A stretch of 42,095 nucleotides of DNA from the IMG/VR virus record IMGVR_UViG_3300031553_000009, positions 1 to 42,095 of that record. One strand, written 5' to 3'. The position numbers were made by a program, and so were the translations under genes. This document shows, one piece after another, positions 9,260-19,087 of this stretch (the stretch's first letter is position 1; the number at the start of each line of letters is the position of its first letter). The DNA comes from a virus (lineage: Duplodnaviria > Caudoviricetes). The notes under the pieces were generated by a model. It searched no databases, had not been told where the DNA came from, and saw only the letters and a list, made by a program, of their open reading frames with translations.

Positions 9260-10846
9260 TTATACTTCTGTCCAATTTGCTTGTTGTTTGCTTACCTCCG
9301 TCCATGTTCCAGAGGGTTTACTTGGTTCCTCCCAATTTCCAGATGGTTTGGTTAATTCCTTCCAAGAACTTATAATAGTCGTTAAAACTACTGGAGTTAA
9401 AATATCGAAAAGCGCAGGTAAAACACTTACATCGAAGGCATAGTCATAATCCAGATTTACTGATTGCAGAACTGCTACAACTTCCAAAGTTGTAACAATT
9501 TTTGTGAAATCATAACTCAAAGAAGGGCCATTAACAGCAATCGAAATTCCCTGTGCTGTTGTAGAAATATTCACGCTCGTAGAAATAGAAGGATTTTGCA
9601 ATGCCGCTGACAACTCAATAGCTGCAGCAACCGCAAATAAGTAATCATAGTTAACATTTACTGATTTTTGACTCAATGCGATCTCTATGGCGATTGCCAA
9701 AACAGTCATATCATAATTGATATTCGGTGACTGGATAGCTAAAGAAAGTCCTTGAGCTGTTGCTGCAAATGAGGCCTCTAAATTTATTGATGGTTCGTTT
9801 AAGGCTATTGAAATAGCAATAGCGGCTGCCGTAACTGCATAATCATAATTGATATTCGGCGATTGAATAGTAATTGTCAGTGTTTGTAAACTTGGGCTTA
9901 CCCTCATATCGTAAGCAAGCAATGGGCTTTGCAAACCAAGAGAGAGTTCTAAAACAGAAGGACTATGAGTATATGAAATCAAAATAGAAGGATTTTGTAT
10001 TGCAAAATCACCCTCAATCAAAGAAACCAGATGTAAATAATCATAATTTAAAGATGGGGCTTGAAGGGAGCCTGTTATTTCAATAGCCGAAGGCTCAACA
10101 ATTATTCCACCAGCAGTGACATAAAAAAGAGCCGGATTTATCCTCCGCTCGAACATACAGAAAGGCTCTCGATAAAGCTGATTAACTTCTATATTTGTCA
10201 GCGCTCTATTGAAAATCATTACATTGTCGACGCTGCCGTTGAAGAAGGAACGACCGCCTGTCGCTGGAGAACAGCCTATCCAGGGGCCAGTCCCATAACT
10301 TTGTAGTGTCGTTACTGTAGTGTCGGATGTTCCGTAAAGTGTGCCATTAAGATAAAGATTTAAAAAAGAACCAGAGCTGAAAACCATAACCCCGTGATAC
10401 CAGGTATTGTTTGAAAGGTCTGAGCCACCAACTGTTGTTCTTGTAGTGCCGTCAGAAATCGCACCAAATAGATTAGAACCCAATATGCCAAAACCATATT
10501 GGGTATAGGGAGCACTAGCCTCGAGGGCACCTTTTGTGAATATACCTTGTTTACTGGAAATGGATGCGGTATTTATCCAAGCTGAAATTGTAAGACTACT
10601 TCGAAGATTGAGTTGTGCCGTTGCACAATTAACATAATCCCCATTTCCATCGAAATCTAAACAGGAGCCGAATTTACCAGGGACAAATTGAGTAGATGCA
10701 ACCAAAGAACCTGTATTTCCATTGCCACTCAAATCAAAGACTTTGCCACCTGTGTTCTCGTTAAAGAGCCAGCAACCAACCAGACCGTGAGCCAACGGAT
10801 GTGTCCTATTGAGCTGTATGCCTCTTGTTGGTTTTAGTATTGGCAT
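9260..10846 (-). CDS. LamG domain fibre protein with ~22-aa repeat stalk
   Basis: GLVGCWLFNE, GKFGSCLDFDG, TISAWI, WYHGV, FNRAL; repeated (I/L)QSPxxNYD units. Confidence 0.85.
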   Translation of the reverse strand: MPILKPTRGIQLNRTHPLAHGLVGCWLFNENTGGKVFDLSGNGNTGSLVASTQFVPGKFGSCLDFDGNGDYVNCATAQLNLRSSLTISAWINTASISSKQGIFTKGALEASAPYTQYGFGILGSNLFGAISDGTTRTTVGGSDLSNNTWYHGVMVFSSGSFLNLYLNGTLYGTSDTTVTTLQSYGTGPWIGCSPATGGRSFFNGSVDNVMIFNRALTNIEVNQLYREPFCMFERRINPALFYVTAGGIIVEPSAIEITGSLQAPSLNYDYLHLVSLIEGDFAIQNPSILISYTHSPSVLELSLGLQSPLLAYDMRVSPSLQTLTITIQSPNINYDYAVTAAAIAISIALNEPSINLEASFAATAQGLSLAIQSPNINYDMTVLAIAIEIALSQKSVNVNYDYLFAVAAAIELSAALQNPSISTSVNISTTAQGISIAVNGPSLSYDFTKIVTTLEVVAVLQSVNLDYDYAFDVSVLPALFDILTPVVLTTIISSWKELTKPSGNWEEPSKPSGTWTEVSKQQANWTEV

Positions 10847-10858
10847 TTTTGCTTCCTT

Positions 10859-11257
10859 TTATGCCGAACTATAATTCCATCGTTGGCAGGTAAGATGAGC
10901 CTCGAAGGTATCGGTTGAACCGGAACTTACCATTCCAATTCTAAAGTGAGCTACATCTTTGACAACGAAGCTGATCTCGGTCTCAGCCCCACTGTTGTTA
11001 TCTGCGATGAAGGATGTCATAGCTATATCGTCGTAGTTGGTCCCGTCCAGCGATCCATAGACCGCGATCTCAAGGTCGTCGGTGGTGCCGGAAGCATCAT
11101 ACTTTAAATGACAGTGCGCTCCTTCGTGTCCATCGGTTTCAAGGTCAACGTCGCTGCTGAATCGTTCTGTGTCATCGATGTCAGCATCACCTCCGCTATA
11201 TCCGTCTGTTTGATATAAATCCTGAGATGCAGCCCAGTTCTTTTTAATAGTCGCCAT
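10859..11257 (-). CDS. Small acidic virion structural protein
   Basis: Beta-rich, YGSLDGTNYD motif; lies in the tail cluster. Confidence 0.55.
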   Translation of the reverse strand: MATIKKNWAASQDLYQTDGYSGGDADIDDTERFSSDVDLETDGHEGAHCHLKYDASGTTDDLEIAVYGSLDGTNYDDIAMTSFIADNNSGAETEISFVVKDVAHFRIGMVSSGSTDTFEAHLTCQRWNYSSA

Positions 11258-11270
11258 TTTTAAACTCCTG

Positions 11271-11678
11271 TTATGTCAGTGTAATTATTCCGGCGGCATC
11301 CCACTGGATTGTAAATGTCCCGCTTGATACTGTTTTGGCCCCGCTGAAATCTATTGAACAAATCAAATCGTCTGTCGCGACAGTGTCATCATAAATAACA
11401 GCATGATAAGCGGTAAAAGAAGCTTCAGTCCAAGCTATATCAGTCGCATCCCATTTTGTAGCTGCGGCTTGAGTGACCGCCTTATCTGCAAGAGCAGCAC
11501 CGCCTGCTGTATAACCGGTGCCAGAAATCTCATTGGCACTGACATCACCTATGACATTGTCTGTCGCTGTAAACGTATGACTGTCATCCAGAAGCATCAC
11601 CTTGATAGTATCACCTTCCAGGTCAACTTCTTTGTTCATAAGATTTGCTTTCAAACGCTCATATATTCCACTTGCCAT
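11271..11678 (-). CDS. Conserved phage tail/fibre-associated structural protein
   Basis: DTIKVML...EISGTGYTAGG...IDF...GTFTIQW pattern typical of a widespread virion protein family. Confidence 0.75.
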   Translation of the reverse strand: MASGIYERLKANLMNKEVDLEGDTIKVMLLDDSHTFTATDNVIGDVSANEISGTGYTAGGAALADKAVTQAAATKWDATDIAWTEASFTAYHAVIYDDTVATDDLICSIDFSGAKTVSSGTFTIQWDAAGIITLT

Positions 11679-11680
11679 TA

Positions 11681-11857
11681 TTAAGCTCCTTTAATTTCTT
11701 TACCTGCTATATTCAAACAGGGAACGTGCACGATTACATTCTGACTCCCATCTGACTGTTTTATCTCCTCGGCCCTGGCCTTTATTACTGGTATGCCATT
11801 CTCAAAACGGTCAACTTCTACTAATCTCCCACCGATTCTGATTTTTAACTTTTCCAT
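11681..11857 (-). CDS. Small hypothetical protein (58 aa, MEKLKIRIGG...)
   Basis: Fills the gap between neighbours exactly; below the ORF-track cutoff. Confidence 0.65.
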   Translation of the reverse strand: MEKLKIRIGGRLVEVDRFENGIPVIKARAEEIKQSDGSQNVIVHVPCLNIAGKEIKGA

Positions 11858-11858
11858 A

Positions 11859-12515
11859 TTAAAATCTCGGTATAGCCCTTTGATTTGTTGTTTTTTGGAC
11901 TAAGTCCCGTCGGTTAATCTTGCTGATAAGAGCATCGTAAACTTGAGCTAATTCTTTAACTCTATCAAAATTTCTCTTATCTTCTTCGATCATAATTGCT
12001 GCGCCATAAGCAATAGCCGATCCCCATTGGACATTTAGAGGAGTGATTTCATCTGAAGATAGGGCGGCTGGTTTCTTTTTAGCTGCCGTCTTGAATGTAA
12101 AAACATCATCGGCTTTCGGACGCAGATATAATACTCGACCGTATAAAAGACAAGCTATAGGGGTATTGCGTTCCGATGTCTCATCGCATGAATCTTCCGG
12201 ATAAAGCTCAAAGAATTTGTTTTTGTCTTGGTAGAAATCGACTTTTGAGACTTTATCATCACTATCTTTTATAGTCATCGGCTCTTCAATGGTATACATT
12301 GAATCGGAAAGTGCATATTCTCCATCGTCATCGGCAGCTGTATCTATCTCGAAAAAGGTATTCAACTCCTGAACGTAAACATCACCGGGAAAGATATTCC
12401 GATAGAAGTTGTTAATCTGGTTGTCAATATCGTCATCTTCTAATCCGGTTCCGGAAGGCATAGCAGCTAATTTGCGTACCTTCTCCCTTATTTCTGCCAA
12501 TGTTCCAGTTAACAT
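11859..12515 (-). CDS. Head-tail adaptor / tail tubular protein A
   Basis: TLAEIREKVR...LYLRPKAD...AIAYGAA; size and position fit. Confidence 0.75.
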   Translation of the reverse strand: MLTGTLAEIREKVRKLAAMPSGTGLEDDDIDNQINNFYRNIFPGDVYVQELNTFFEIDTAADDDGEYALSDSMYTIEEPMTIKDSDDKVSKVDFYQDKNKFFELYPEDSCDETSERNTPIACLLYGRVLYLRPKADDVFTFKTAAKKKPAALSSDEITPLNVQWGSAIAYGAAIMIEEDKRNFDRVKELAQVYDALISKINRRDLVQKTTNQRAIPRF

Positions 12516-12557
12516 ATTTACCTCAAAAGGACTGGAATTTCACCTGCCGTGTTTTTA

Positions 12558-13517
12558 TCAGTCACCGTCAGCGGTCGGGTCGAGCAGACCACTTGCGGCA
12601 GCTACGCCGGTTATGTAGTTCTCAAACGGCCACATCGCATCTTCACCAGTTAAAGCAGCAGCGATGCTCGTAGTGCCAGCCAAGAAATTTCTTGCCAAGA
12701 TACCTGTACAACTGGCATTCAAACCGAGAGCCAGAGCGCCCTGATTAGTGAAGATATTCCTGGCAATAATCATCTCCGTACTGGCTGCTGCGGATGCAAG
12801 CATTGTACCTGCCGAATAAGTTCCCTGGGCAATGTTATCAACAATCTCACAACGATCCGAACCACCGGCAAGCAAAATTGCATTGGCACAACCACCGGAA
12901 GGAACTGTACTGAAAATACACCTTCTGATTTTTATGTCATCACAATCTGCGGCAACACTGACTCCTAACACTAACTCCTTGGCGTCATCGTTACCATCTC
13001 GTAAAACGAGGTCTTCGAGAACAGCGCCGTCAGAAGTTGCGCTTAATGTGATTCCAGCGTCTACATTTGCCAGATTGGATTTGACAATGAAATTCTTGAG
13101 CATAACATTAGTAGCACCTGCTAAAACCACCAGAGCTGCATCCGTAGCGCCTTGAAGAGTGAAAGTAGGTCTCAGAAGTCCCCAGCCGAGACCTATAACT
13201 TTTATACCAGATTTATCAAACACACACTCATCGGTTGTTGTACCTGATTCTGTGCCGGTATCCTGAATTGTTTCTTCGTGCCAGGGCTGCATTATAATAA
13301 CATCGCCTTTGTCATCTTCACACTTGCTGACAGCATAATTCAGGGTCTTAAAGGGATGTTTCGGGTCATTGCCTATGTAGCTATTGTTTCCATTGGTGTT
13401 ATCGACAAAGAAAATATCACCTGGACCCATTCTTGCGGCTACGATAATATCTTCAATCTTGTCCGCCGCTGGTTGTAACTTATTGAATTTGTCCGTTAGA
13501 AATCTCTGTAAGTGCAT
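12558..13517 (-). CDS. Parallel beta-helix (pectin lyase-like) virion protein
   Basis: FFVDN..G.....G.....PFKTLNYA...GDVI start, followed by beta-helix rungs. Confidence 0.75.
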   Translation of the reverse strand: MHLQRFLTDKFNKLQPAADKIEDIIVAARMGPGDIFFVDNTNGNNSYIGNDPKHPFKTLNYAVSKCEDDKGDVIIMQPWHEETIQDTGTESGTTTDECVFDKSGIKVIGLGWGLLRPTFTLQGATDAALVVLAGATNVMLKNFIVKSNLANVDAGITLSATSDGAVLEDLVLRDGNDDAKELVLGVSVAADCDDIKIRRCIFSTVPSGGCANAILLAGGSDRCEIVDNIAQGTYSAGTMLASAAASTEMIIARNIFTNQGALALGLNASCTGILARNFLAGTTSIAAALTGEDAMWPFENYITGVAAASGLLDPTADGD

Positions 13518-13595
13518 TGTTCTTCCTTTCTAAAAAGTTGTCTATGCCGGCATCCTTGCCTCATCTACAATTCATCCTTAAATTTTCATAAATCT

Positions 13596-13661
13596 AAAGT
13601 TGATAACCGTATTGAAAATCTTCAAGTTATAACTCGTAGTCAACATATGTCTCTTCATCAT
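13596..13661 (+). pseudogene. HNH endonuclease remnant
   Basis: Encodes KVDNRIENLQVITRSQHMSLHH (second half of the HNH motif); first His motif absent; antisense to the late operon. Confidence 0.7.
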
Positions 13662-13682
13662 CAATTAGGAAGCTTCCCACAA

Positions 13683-15659
13683 TCAAAGGCCAAGGCTGGT
13701 ATGTAATCGATACGTGATATTGACTTGCAAGACGCCCGTGCCCGTTGTAAATTCGTTTCCGTTGTTGTGCAGTACGAGCGCTTGATTTACACATCCCGTC
13801 GCAGCAGCAGCCACTATCGCGTTATTTACAGGGATAGCCCGCGTCACTGCATCCGCTGCGGAATCTATGAAGGCGTCCGCTTCTATTTCTGCCGAGACAA
13901 TTACGCCAGACCCGTCAGTATAGCGAATAACAAGATTGCCGTCTGCGGCTGCATCGTCGTAGGCAGTTCCCTTATCGAGAATCAGAACCGCACTGACAAA
14001 TTCCAATAATTTGCCTGAACCTGGCGCAGCAACTAAAGTGATAGGTGTACCGTGTAAAGCTTTAATCTCAGCACTATTAACATCTACCGTGATTGTCTTT
14101 TCAAAGATTGTTTCTGTTCCACTACTATCTTCATAGATAAGAACTTTATCCGTACTCGAGCGCAAAGAGCTGTAACCTGATATAGTACCAGCGGATGTTG
14201 ACGTATCATCCAGATAAATAAAGGAATCTCTGCCGACAATAATAGAATTATCGAGATAGTATCTATGTGTATCCGGCTCCCACCAGCAGACAGGTAAATA
14301 CTCATCATCGAGTATATAAAGGTCGTTATTAAGAGCATAGAAATAACAGGTAGGAACACCGGGAACGGTAAATCCCAGACCTGCACTGATGTTTTCGTTA
14401 TCCCACTGAGCTGCTTCTATTTTGAAAGCGTTCGCATCACCACCAGTGACATCGATATATTCTTCATCGGTAAAATCTCCATCGGCGGCATCAAATACAA
14501 TATAGCCGGCAGCGTTGCTATCCCATACCCCCGTCACGGTAACAACATGAACTACACGAGCAGTTGTTCCGCTATCATCACCCGTACAAAGGTCGGAGAC
14601 ATTAGGCTCTGCTCCTGCACCGGTATCGTAGCCGACAAGAATTGTATTGGCACTTCTAAACCTTACAGGATCCGAACTGGCGTAAAAAGTTTGTCCATTA
14701 TGGTCGAAATCAAGAGGATACGACCCAGCAGGGTCAAATCGACCATCGCCACCAGAACTTATATTACATTTGAAAGTGATTGTATTTGAATTTCTATTAT
14801 ACCAGTTATTGATAGAAACGGCATAGGTCGTATTATTCTCAATTCCATAACCAAACCACGTGGTTGTCCCTGGATGGTCGAGATATAATTGGGTATCTGT
14901 ACTATTAGCTAATTCAGTATTCCACAACAAAAGACTTTCTACACCGTTGGCATAAATTCCATATCTACCAGCACTGTCAAAGGAGCAATATTGAAATGTT
15001 TGAACCGTTATTGCAGAAGCATCTCCCCTATCTAAATGGACATTATCACGACCGGAATTTTCTACTAAAACGTCAAGATACTTTACCCAGTAACTACTGC
15101 CGACTATTGGTGTCGCCGCCGTCATGTGAATACCATCAGCAGGTGCGTTACCTATCATTACCCTTTCAATCGTACTTCGCCAACAGCCTGGATAAAGCAG
15201 AATGCCGTGCGTGACGTTGCCGCCCGTATCTGTGGAATTGCTCATATCAATACTAAGATTGCCAACATACATCCAGTGATTGCTGTTTGCTTCGCCCATC
15301 TGAATAGCAGGAACATCAGTATTATAAGGCAAAATAACAGTACCAAAACTTTTTCGACAGGCTCCCATCCCTAATAATCGCTGGCCTTCACGCAATTTAA
15401 TTGTATCGGTGGTCTTATAAGTTCCGACCGGCAAAATTATAGTACCACCAGTAGAATCGGTCGAATCTATCGCCGCCTGAATCGCCATTGTGTCATCAGC
15501 ATTACCATCACCGACTGCGCCATAAGCCTTTACATTTGTGGGATTTTGCTTGGTAATGAGTTCCAGGACGAACATTATGTCTCTCATAGCTGGTAAAGCA
15601 CCGATACAAATTATGCCCAAAAAGGCTAAAAGAATTATGTGTTTGTTTTTTAGTTTCAT
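13683..15659 (-). CDS. Tailspike/head-spike-like beta-helix protein (pectate lyase superfamily) with signal-peptide-like leader
   Basis: NVKAYGAVGDGNADDTMAIQAAID motif; C-terminal AEIKALHGTPITLVAAPG module. Confidence 0.85.
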   Translation of the reverse strand: MKLKNKHIILLAFLGIICIGALPAMRDIMFVLELITKQNPTNVKAYGAVGDGNADDTMAIQAAIDSTDSTGGTIILPVGTYKTTDTIKLREGQRLLGMGACRKSFGTVILPYNTDVPAIQMGEANSNHWMYVGNLSIDMSNSTDTGGNVTHGILLYPGCWRSTIERVMIGNAPADGIHMTAATPIVGSSYWVKYLDVLVENSGRDNVHLDRGDASAITVQTFQYCSFDSAGRYGIYANGVESLLLWNTELANSTDTQLYLDHPGTTTWFGYGIENNTTYAVSINNWYNRNSNTITFKCNISSGGDGRFDPAGSYPLDFDHNGQTFYASSDPVRFRSANTILVGYDTGAGAEPNVSDLCTGDDSGTTARVVHVVTVTGVWDSNAAGYIVFDAADGDFTDEEYIDVTGGDANAFKIEAAQWDNENISAGLGFTVPGVPTCYFYALNNDLYILDDEYLPVCWWEPDTHRYYLDNSIIVGRDSFIYLDDTSTSAGTISGYSSLRSSTDKVLIYEDSSGTETIFEKTITVDVNSAEIKALHGTPITLVAAPGSGKLLEFVSAVLILDKGTAYDDAAADGNLVIRYTDGSGVIVSAEIEADAFIDSAADAVTRAIPVNNAIVAAAATGCVNQALVLHNNGNEFTTGTGVLQVNITYRLHTSLGL

Positions 15660-15666
15660 TTTTTTG

Positions 15667-16095
15667 TCACCTAATCATTATCCTAAAGGCTGGCATATTG
15701 GCTATACCGTTACAAGCCATAGTTATTTTTAAGATGTCTCCATCAACGACTTCATTTATCGAAAGTGTTCCCAAGCTAACATAATCTTTATTTGGTGGCT
15801 GATTAGCCGTATCGAAAGTCTTTGTTACAACCGTTGAACCTGCCCTATTCTTTATCGTTATTACGACCGTGTTGGAATCATCTACGCCCGAAGGTGCTCC
15901 CAAAGCCAAAATTCCGATATCGTTAATTGGTAATTCTTCATTGAAGTATACTAAGGGCCTGTTAGTTATCTTAACGCCCGGGCCCATGTCCTCTATATCA
16001 CATACATGCTTTATTGCGGACCGAATATATTCGTTTAGAATATTTGCCCAGACATTTTCTTCTTCTTGAGAGCCAGGAGTAGGTAAATAAGCCAT
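15667..16095 (-). CDS. Putative virion structural protein
   Basis: LPTPG...W.NILN N-terminus seen in phage fibre proteins; beta-sandwich-like C-terminus. Confidence 0.5.
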   Translation of the reverse strand: MAYLPTPGSQEEENVWANILNEYIRSAIKHVCDIEDMGPGVKITNRPLVYFNEELPINDIGILALGAPSGVDDSNTVVITIKNRAGSTVVTKTFDTANQPPNKDYVSLGTLSINEVVDGDILKITMACNGIANMPAFRIMIR

Positions 16096-16100
16096 AGTGT

Positions 16101-16508
16101 TTAACCTACTTTCTTTACTTCCTCTTCAGATAGCTCATTGACAAGATATCGATGATACGAACCTTCTACCTTTACAGAGCCTCCTGCCTCACCTTGTTGA
16201 TATTTCGTAACAGGATGGTGCAAGCTACGGAGGTGAACAATGAGACTTTGCGGTATCTTTTTTACCTCGCCGCTAACCAGATGAAATAACTTGCCCTCAT
16301 AAGTGAACTGGAAATCGGTTCCATCCGGCAAATCACGATTCCAAATGCGACACCAAACCAATGGGTCATTTTTTTTCTCTGCCTGCTTTTCAAGGTATTG
16401 TAAACATTTTGGGCACGTTACTTTTTCTTCTTCTGTGACAGCTTTTTGACCTTTGGAACCACAGACCGGCCTCTCGCCATCCGATAGATGGATTAATTGC
16501 TTTGCCAT
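16101..16508 (-). CDS. Hypothetical protein with H/C..CxxC zinc motif
   Basis: H...CGS...CPKC; SD present. Confidence 0.6.
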   Translation of the reverse strand: MAKQLIHLSDGERPVCGSKGQKAVTEEEKVTCPKCLQYLEKQAEKKNDPLVWCRIWNRDLPDGTDFQFTYEGKLFHLVSGEVKKIPQSLIVHLRSLHHPVTKYQQGEAGGSVKVEGSYHRYLVNELSEEEVKKVG

Positions 16509-16553
16509 TGCTATATCCTTTTATTCTGAAAGTCAGGTAACGCACCTGACTAA

Positions 16554-17204
16554 TTAAGCAACATCGCCGAGGGATTTTGAACTATCCGCTTTGAAAGCAT
16601 TGACAATTAATATCTGGCCGTCAGCGGCAAGGGTCGCACCTATTGTGATTCCCAGTTCGCCAGCGTTGACGATATTCTCCTCGCGGCAAGTCCATACATT
16701 TGAACCACCATCAGTACAAGTCTCGCCTGGTGTTGTAACCCAAGTCGCAGGCTCGCTCGTGCCATTTCCTGTATCCGTTGTCAGTTCATAGACATAACCG
16801 TTGTGGATTGGAGGACGGACGATAGTACCACAAGCCGTTGCCGATCTCTCGCCGGAGGCGTAAGATGTAGCAGCGGCCCAATCAGTAACGCTGCATTCTA
16901 CAAGACCTCCAGCCGGCTTCGGTGAATCTACAAGAACTACCGGGGTTTTGGATCCCTCATAGGACTGGATACCGGTATCGGCATCGGCCTCAGTGACAGC
17001 ACCCTCGGTGTATAAATGGCCGTATATACCACCACCGGCAATTATAGTTGCATCATCTTCCATCAGCTTGCCAAACCATTTCAACGTGACATTCGAGCCG
17101 TGGGTGGCGTTATACTTCAAAATCTCTACATAATTGGGTAAAAATCCCAATGCGAGATTATAGGCAGCGCCAGCACCTTCAAGTATCCTTTGTATCATTT
17201 GCAT
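16554..17204 (-). CDS. Putative capsid decoration protein
   Basis: Directly after the major capsid gene; LGFLPNYVE motif; inserted WAAATSY...EPATW...DGG...WTC carbohydrate-binding-like module. Confidence 0.6.
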   Translation of the reverse strand: MQMIQRILEGAGAAYNLALGFLPNYVEILKYNATHGSNVTLKWFGKLMEDDATIIAGGGIYGHLYTEGAVTEADADTGIQSYEGSKTPVVLVDSPKPAGGLVECSVTDWAAATSYASGERSATACGTIVRPPIHNGYVYELTTDTGNGTSEPATWVTTPGETCTDGGSNVWTCREENIVNAGELGITIGATLAADGQILIVNAFKADSSKSLGDVA

Positions 17205-17267
17205 CTGATTACTCCTTTTACTTCTTAAATTTATTCGTTGCTCATAGTCGATTAACTATGAACTGTT

Positions 17268-18233
17268 TTAGTCATCCCGTTTGGTTACCTTCAGAACGAT
17301 GATGTTGTTATCATTCTTTATTCGGCTGACGTTCATAAACGTCCAAGCGGCTGTCTGGCGCTGGTTACCCGGGTCACTTGAACCACCTGAACCTTTAGGA
17401 TGAATAATCAACCTGGCATTGGCCTTCTTCAGGTCTACAATGCCGTAAGCATGTTTAGCGATGACAGGTATGTAGTAATAAGTACCTGCCGTTGAAGGGA
17501 AAGCCTCTGTAGCTGAACCTTGCTTATGAGCCAGAGAAGAAGCCAGGAATCTTACCTCACCTACGTTACCGCGTTCAGCAGGTAAAATGCCCGTCTGTTG
17601 ACCATACTCCACAGGTTTGATAAATCCTTCACAACGGCGAAGGTCCCTGTTTAATTGGGTATGCATCATAGCCCAATATGAAGCCTCAATAGGTGAAGTA
17701 CCAACTTTGGGTGTGGCAGCAATTGTAGGCGCTACCGGTGAGGCATCGTTATTCTGTAAGGTGTTGGCTACAATCTCAATATCGTCTGCATTCAAATTTG
17801 TTGGTGCCGGATCTCCGTGGCTGGCTGTAATAGCCGATGCTGTGGTGACCAGGATATTTCTTACCAGCTCATCCTCGGTGCGATACATCTGGTCGTTCAG
17901 TTCTGAAACATTGACATTGAGTATCTTATTCTCACAGGTAAACTCCAAGACATCTGTAATCAATGTCCAGCCCATATATTGAGCAACAGTCGCCCGAATA
18001 TCCTGTTTGGATAGTGTGTCTGAATCTGGTGTAACCCCTTCAAGTACCTCAGCCGTCCGAGTGGGTAGAGCTGCATATCTCCGCATTACAATTGTTTTTC
18101 CATGCCCGCTCGGTAAATCATGGTGGTCTGCAAACAGTGCATGGATAAGTTTAGGTTTATTCCTCACCAGCAATAATTTTTGAAAATAACCATCTACTGC
18201 CGGTGTTATTACGCTCGTATTTGTTACATCCAT
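17268..18233 (-). CDS. Major capsid protein (N4-gp56 family, HK97 fold)
   Basis: GKTIVMRRY, EGVTP, QYMGWTLITD, E.G.VGEVRF, SDPGNQRQTAAW. Confidence 0.92.
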   Translation of the reverse strand: MDVTNTSVITPAVDGYFQKLLLVRNKPKLIHALFADHHDLPSGHGKTIVMRRYAALPTRTAEVLEGVTPDSDTLSKQDIRATVAQYMGWTLITDVLEFTCENKILNVNVSELNDQMYRTEDELVRNILVTTASAITASHGDPAPTNLNADDIEIVANTLQNNDASPVAPTIAATPKVGTSPIEASYWAMMHTQLNRDLRRCEGFIKPVEYGQQTGILPAERGNVGEVRFLASSLAHKQGSATEAFPSTAGTYYYIPVIAKHAYGIVDLKKANARLIIHPKGSGGSSDPGNQRQTAAWTFMNVSRIKNDNNIIVLKVTKRDD

Positions 18234-18243
18234 TTTTCTTACC

Positions 18244-19008
18244 TCAGAAATTGGCCCCGTTTTGAATTGCTAAAGCAACAAATTCATCATCAGGCATAGA
18301 CTGATAGCGGTTTTCACCTTTAAGCGCTGTACCTCCTTTGACATTGGAGGAAGATTTGACTTTGTTGGCGTTTTTTACAGCTTCATCAATAGCTTCTTGA
18401 GCATCGGTCTTTGTAGTTTGTTGACCTTTGGCTTTATTCTTCTGGTATAGTTTCGCTATTGAATAAGCTGCTACCTGGGGTTGCGCTGAAGCCTGAATTG
18501 TTGCTATCAGGGCCGGATTAGCTTTTATCGCTTCTCTTAATGGTTCACCGAATTGACCAGCTCTGATCTGTTCGGCTGTACCTACGACTTCAGAGTAGTC
18601 AGGATGCTCCACCATGAAGCGAAGTTGGCTGATTTGTTCGTTATATCTCCCTTCGATATGCGCTATTATAGTCTTTAACTGTTTTTGATTCGCAGTATCA
18701 TCGGGGTCTTCAGGGTCAAGACCTACATGTTTGTAGATATCGAATTGTTCAGCCTGTGGCGCAGTCTGCTGCGGAGCATTGGCCTTCATAAGCGCAAGAT
18801 TCTGCTGCAACAAATCATTAGCTTCTTTCTGCGCCTTAAGGTCATTGGTAAGTTGCTGTATACGGTCCTGAGCATCTGAACCTTTTTCTTCTTTTGGCTC
18901 TTGACCTTCTACTTTCTTACCTTCAGACTGTTGACCTTCAAGTTGCTGACCTTCAGATTCCTGATCTTTAACTTGTTGGTTTTCTGCTTGCTGAGCTTCA
19001 TTATCCAT
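18244..19008 (-). CDS. Capsid scaffolding protein
   Basis: E/Q-rich coiled coil, MPDDEF C-terminus; immediately upstream of the major capsid gene. Confidence 0.8.
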   Translation of the reverse strand: MDNEAQQAENQQVKDQESEGQQLEGQQSEGKKVEGQEPKEEKGSDAQDRIQQLTNDLKAQKEANDLLQQNLALMKANAPQQTAPQAEQFDIYKHVGLDPEDPDDTANQKQLKTIIAHIEGRYNEQISQLRFMVEHPDYSEVVGTAEQIRAGQFGEPLREAIKANPALIATIQASAQPQVAAYSIAKLYQKNKAKGQQTTKTDAQEAIDEAVKNANKVKSSSNVKGGTALKGENRYQSMPDDEFVALAIQNGANF

Positions 19009-19023
19009 AACTATCTCCTTTTC

Positions 19024-19068
19024 TCGAAGTCCGGCTTCGACTTCATTGGACCTGTGACGAGTAGGCCC
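19024..19068 (-). promoter_or_regulatory. Two hairpins in the scaffold gene 5' leader
   Basis: GGGCCT..AGGTCC and GAAGTC..GACTTC just upstream of SD AAGGAG. Confidence 0.4.
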
Positions 19069-19087
19069 TCTTTAGCGTCAAGCCACG

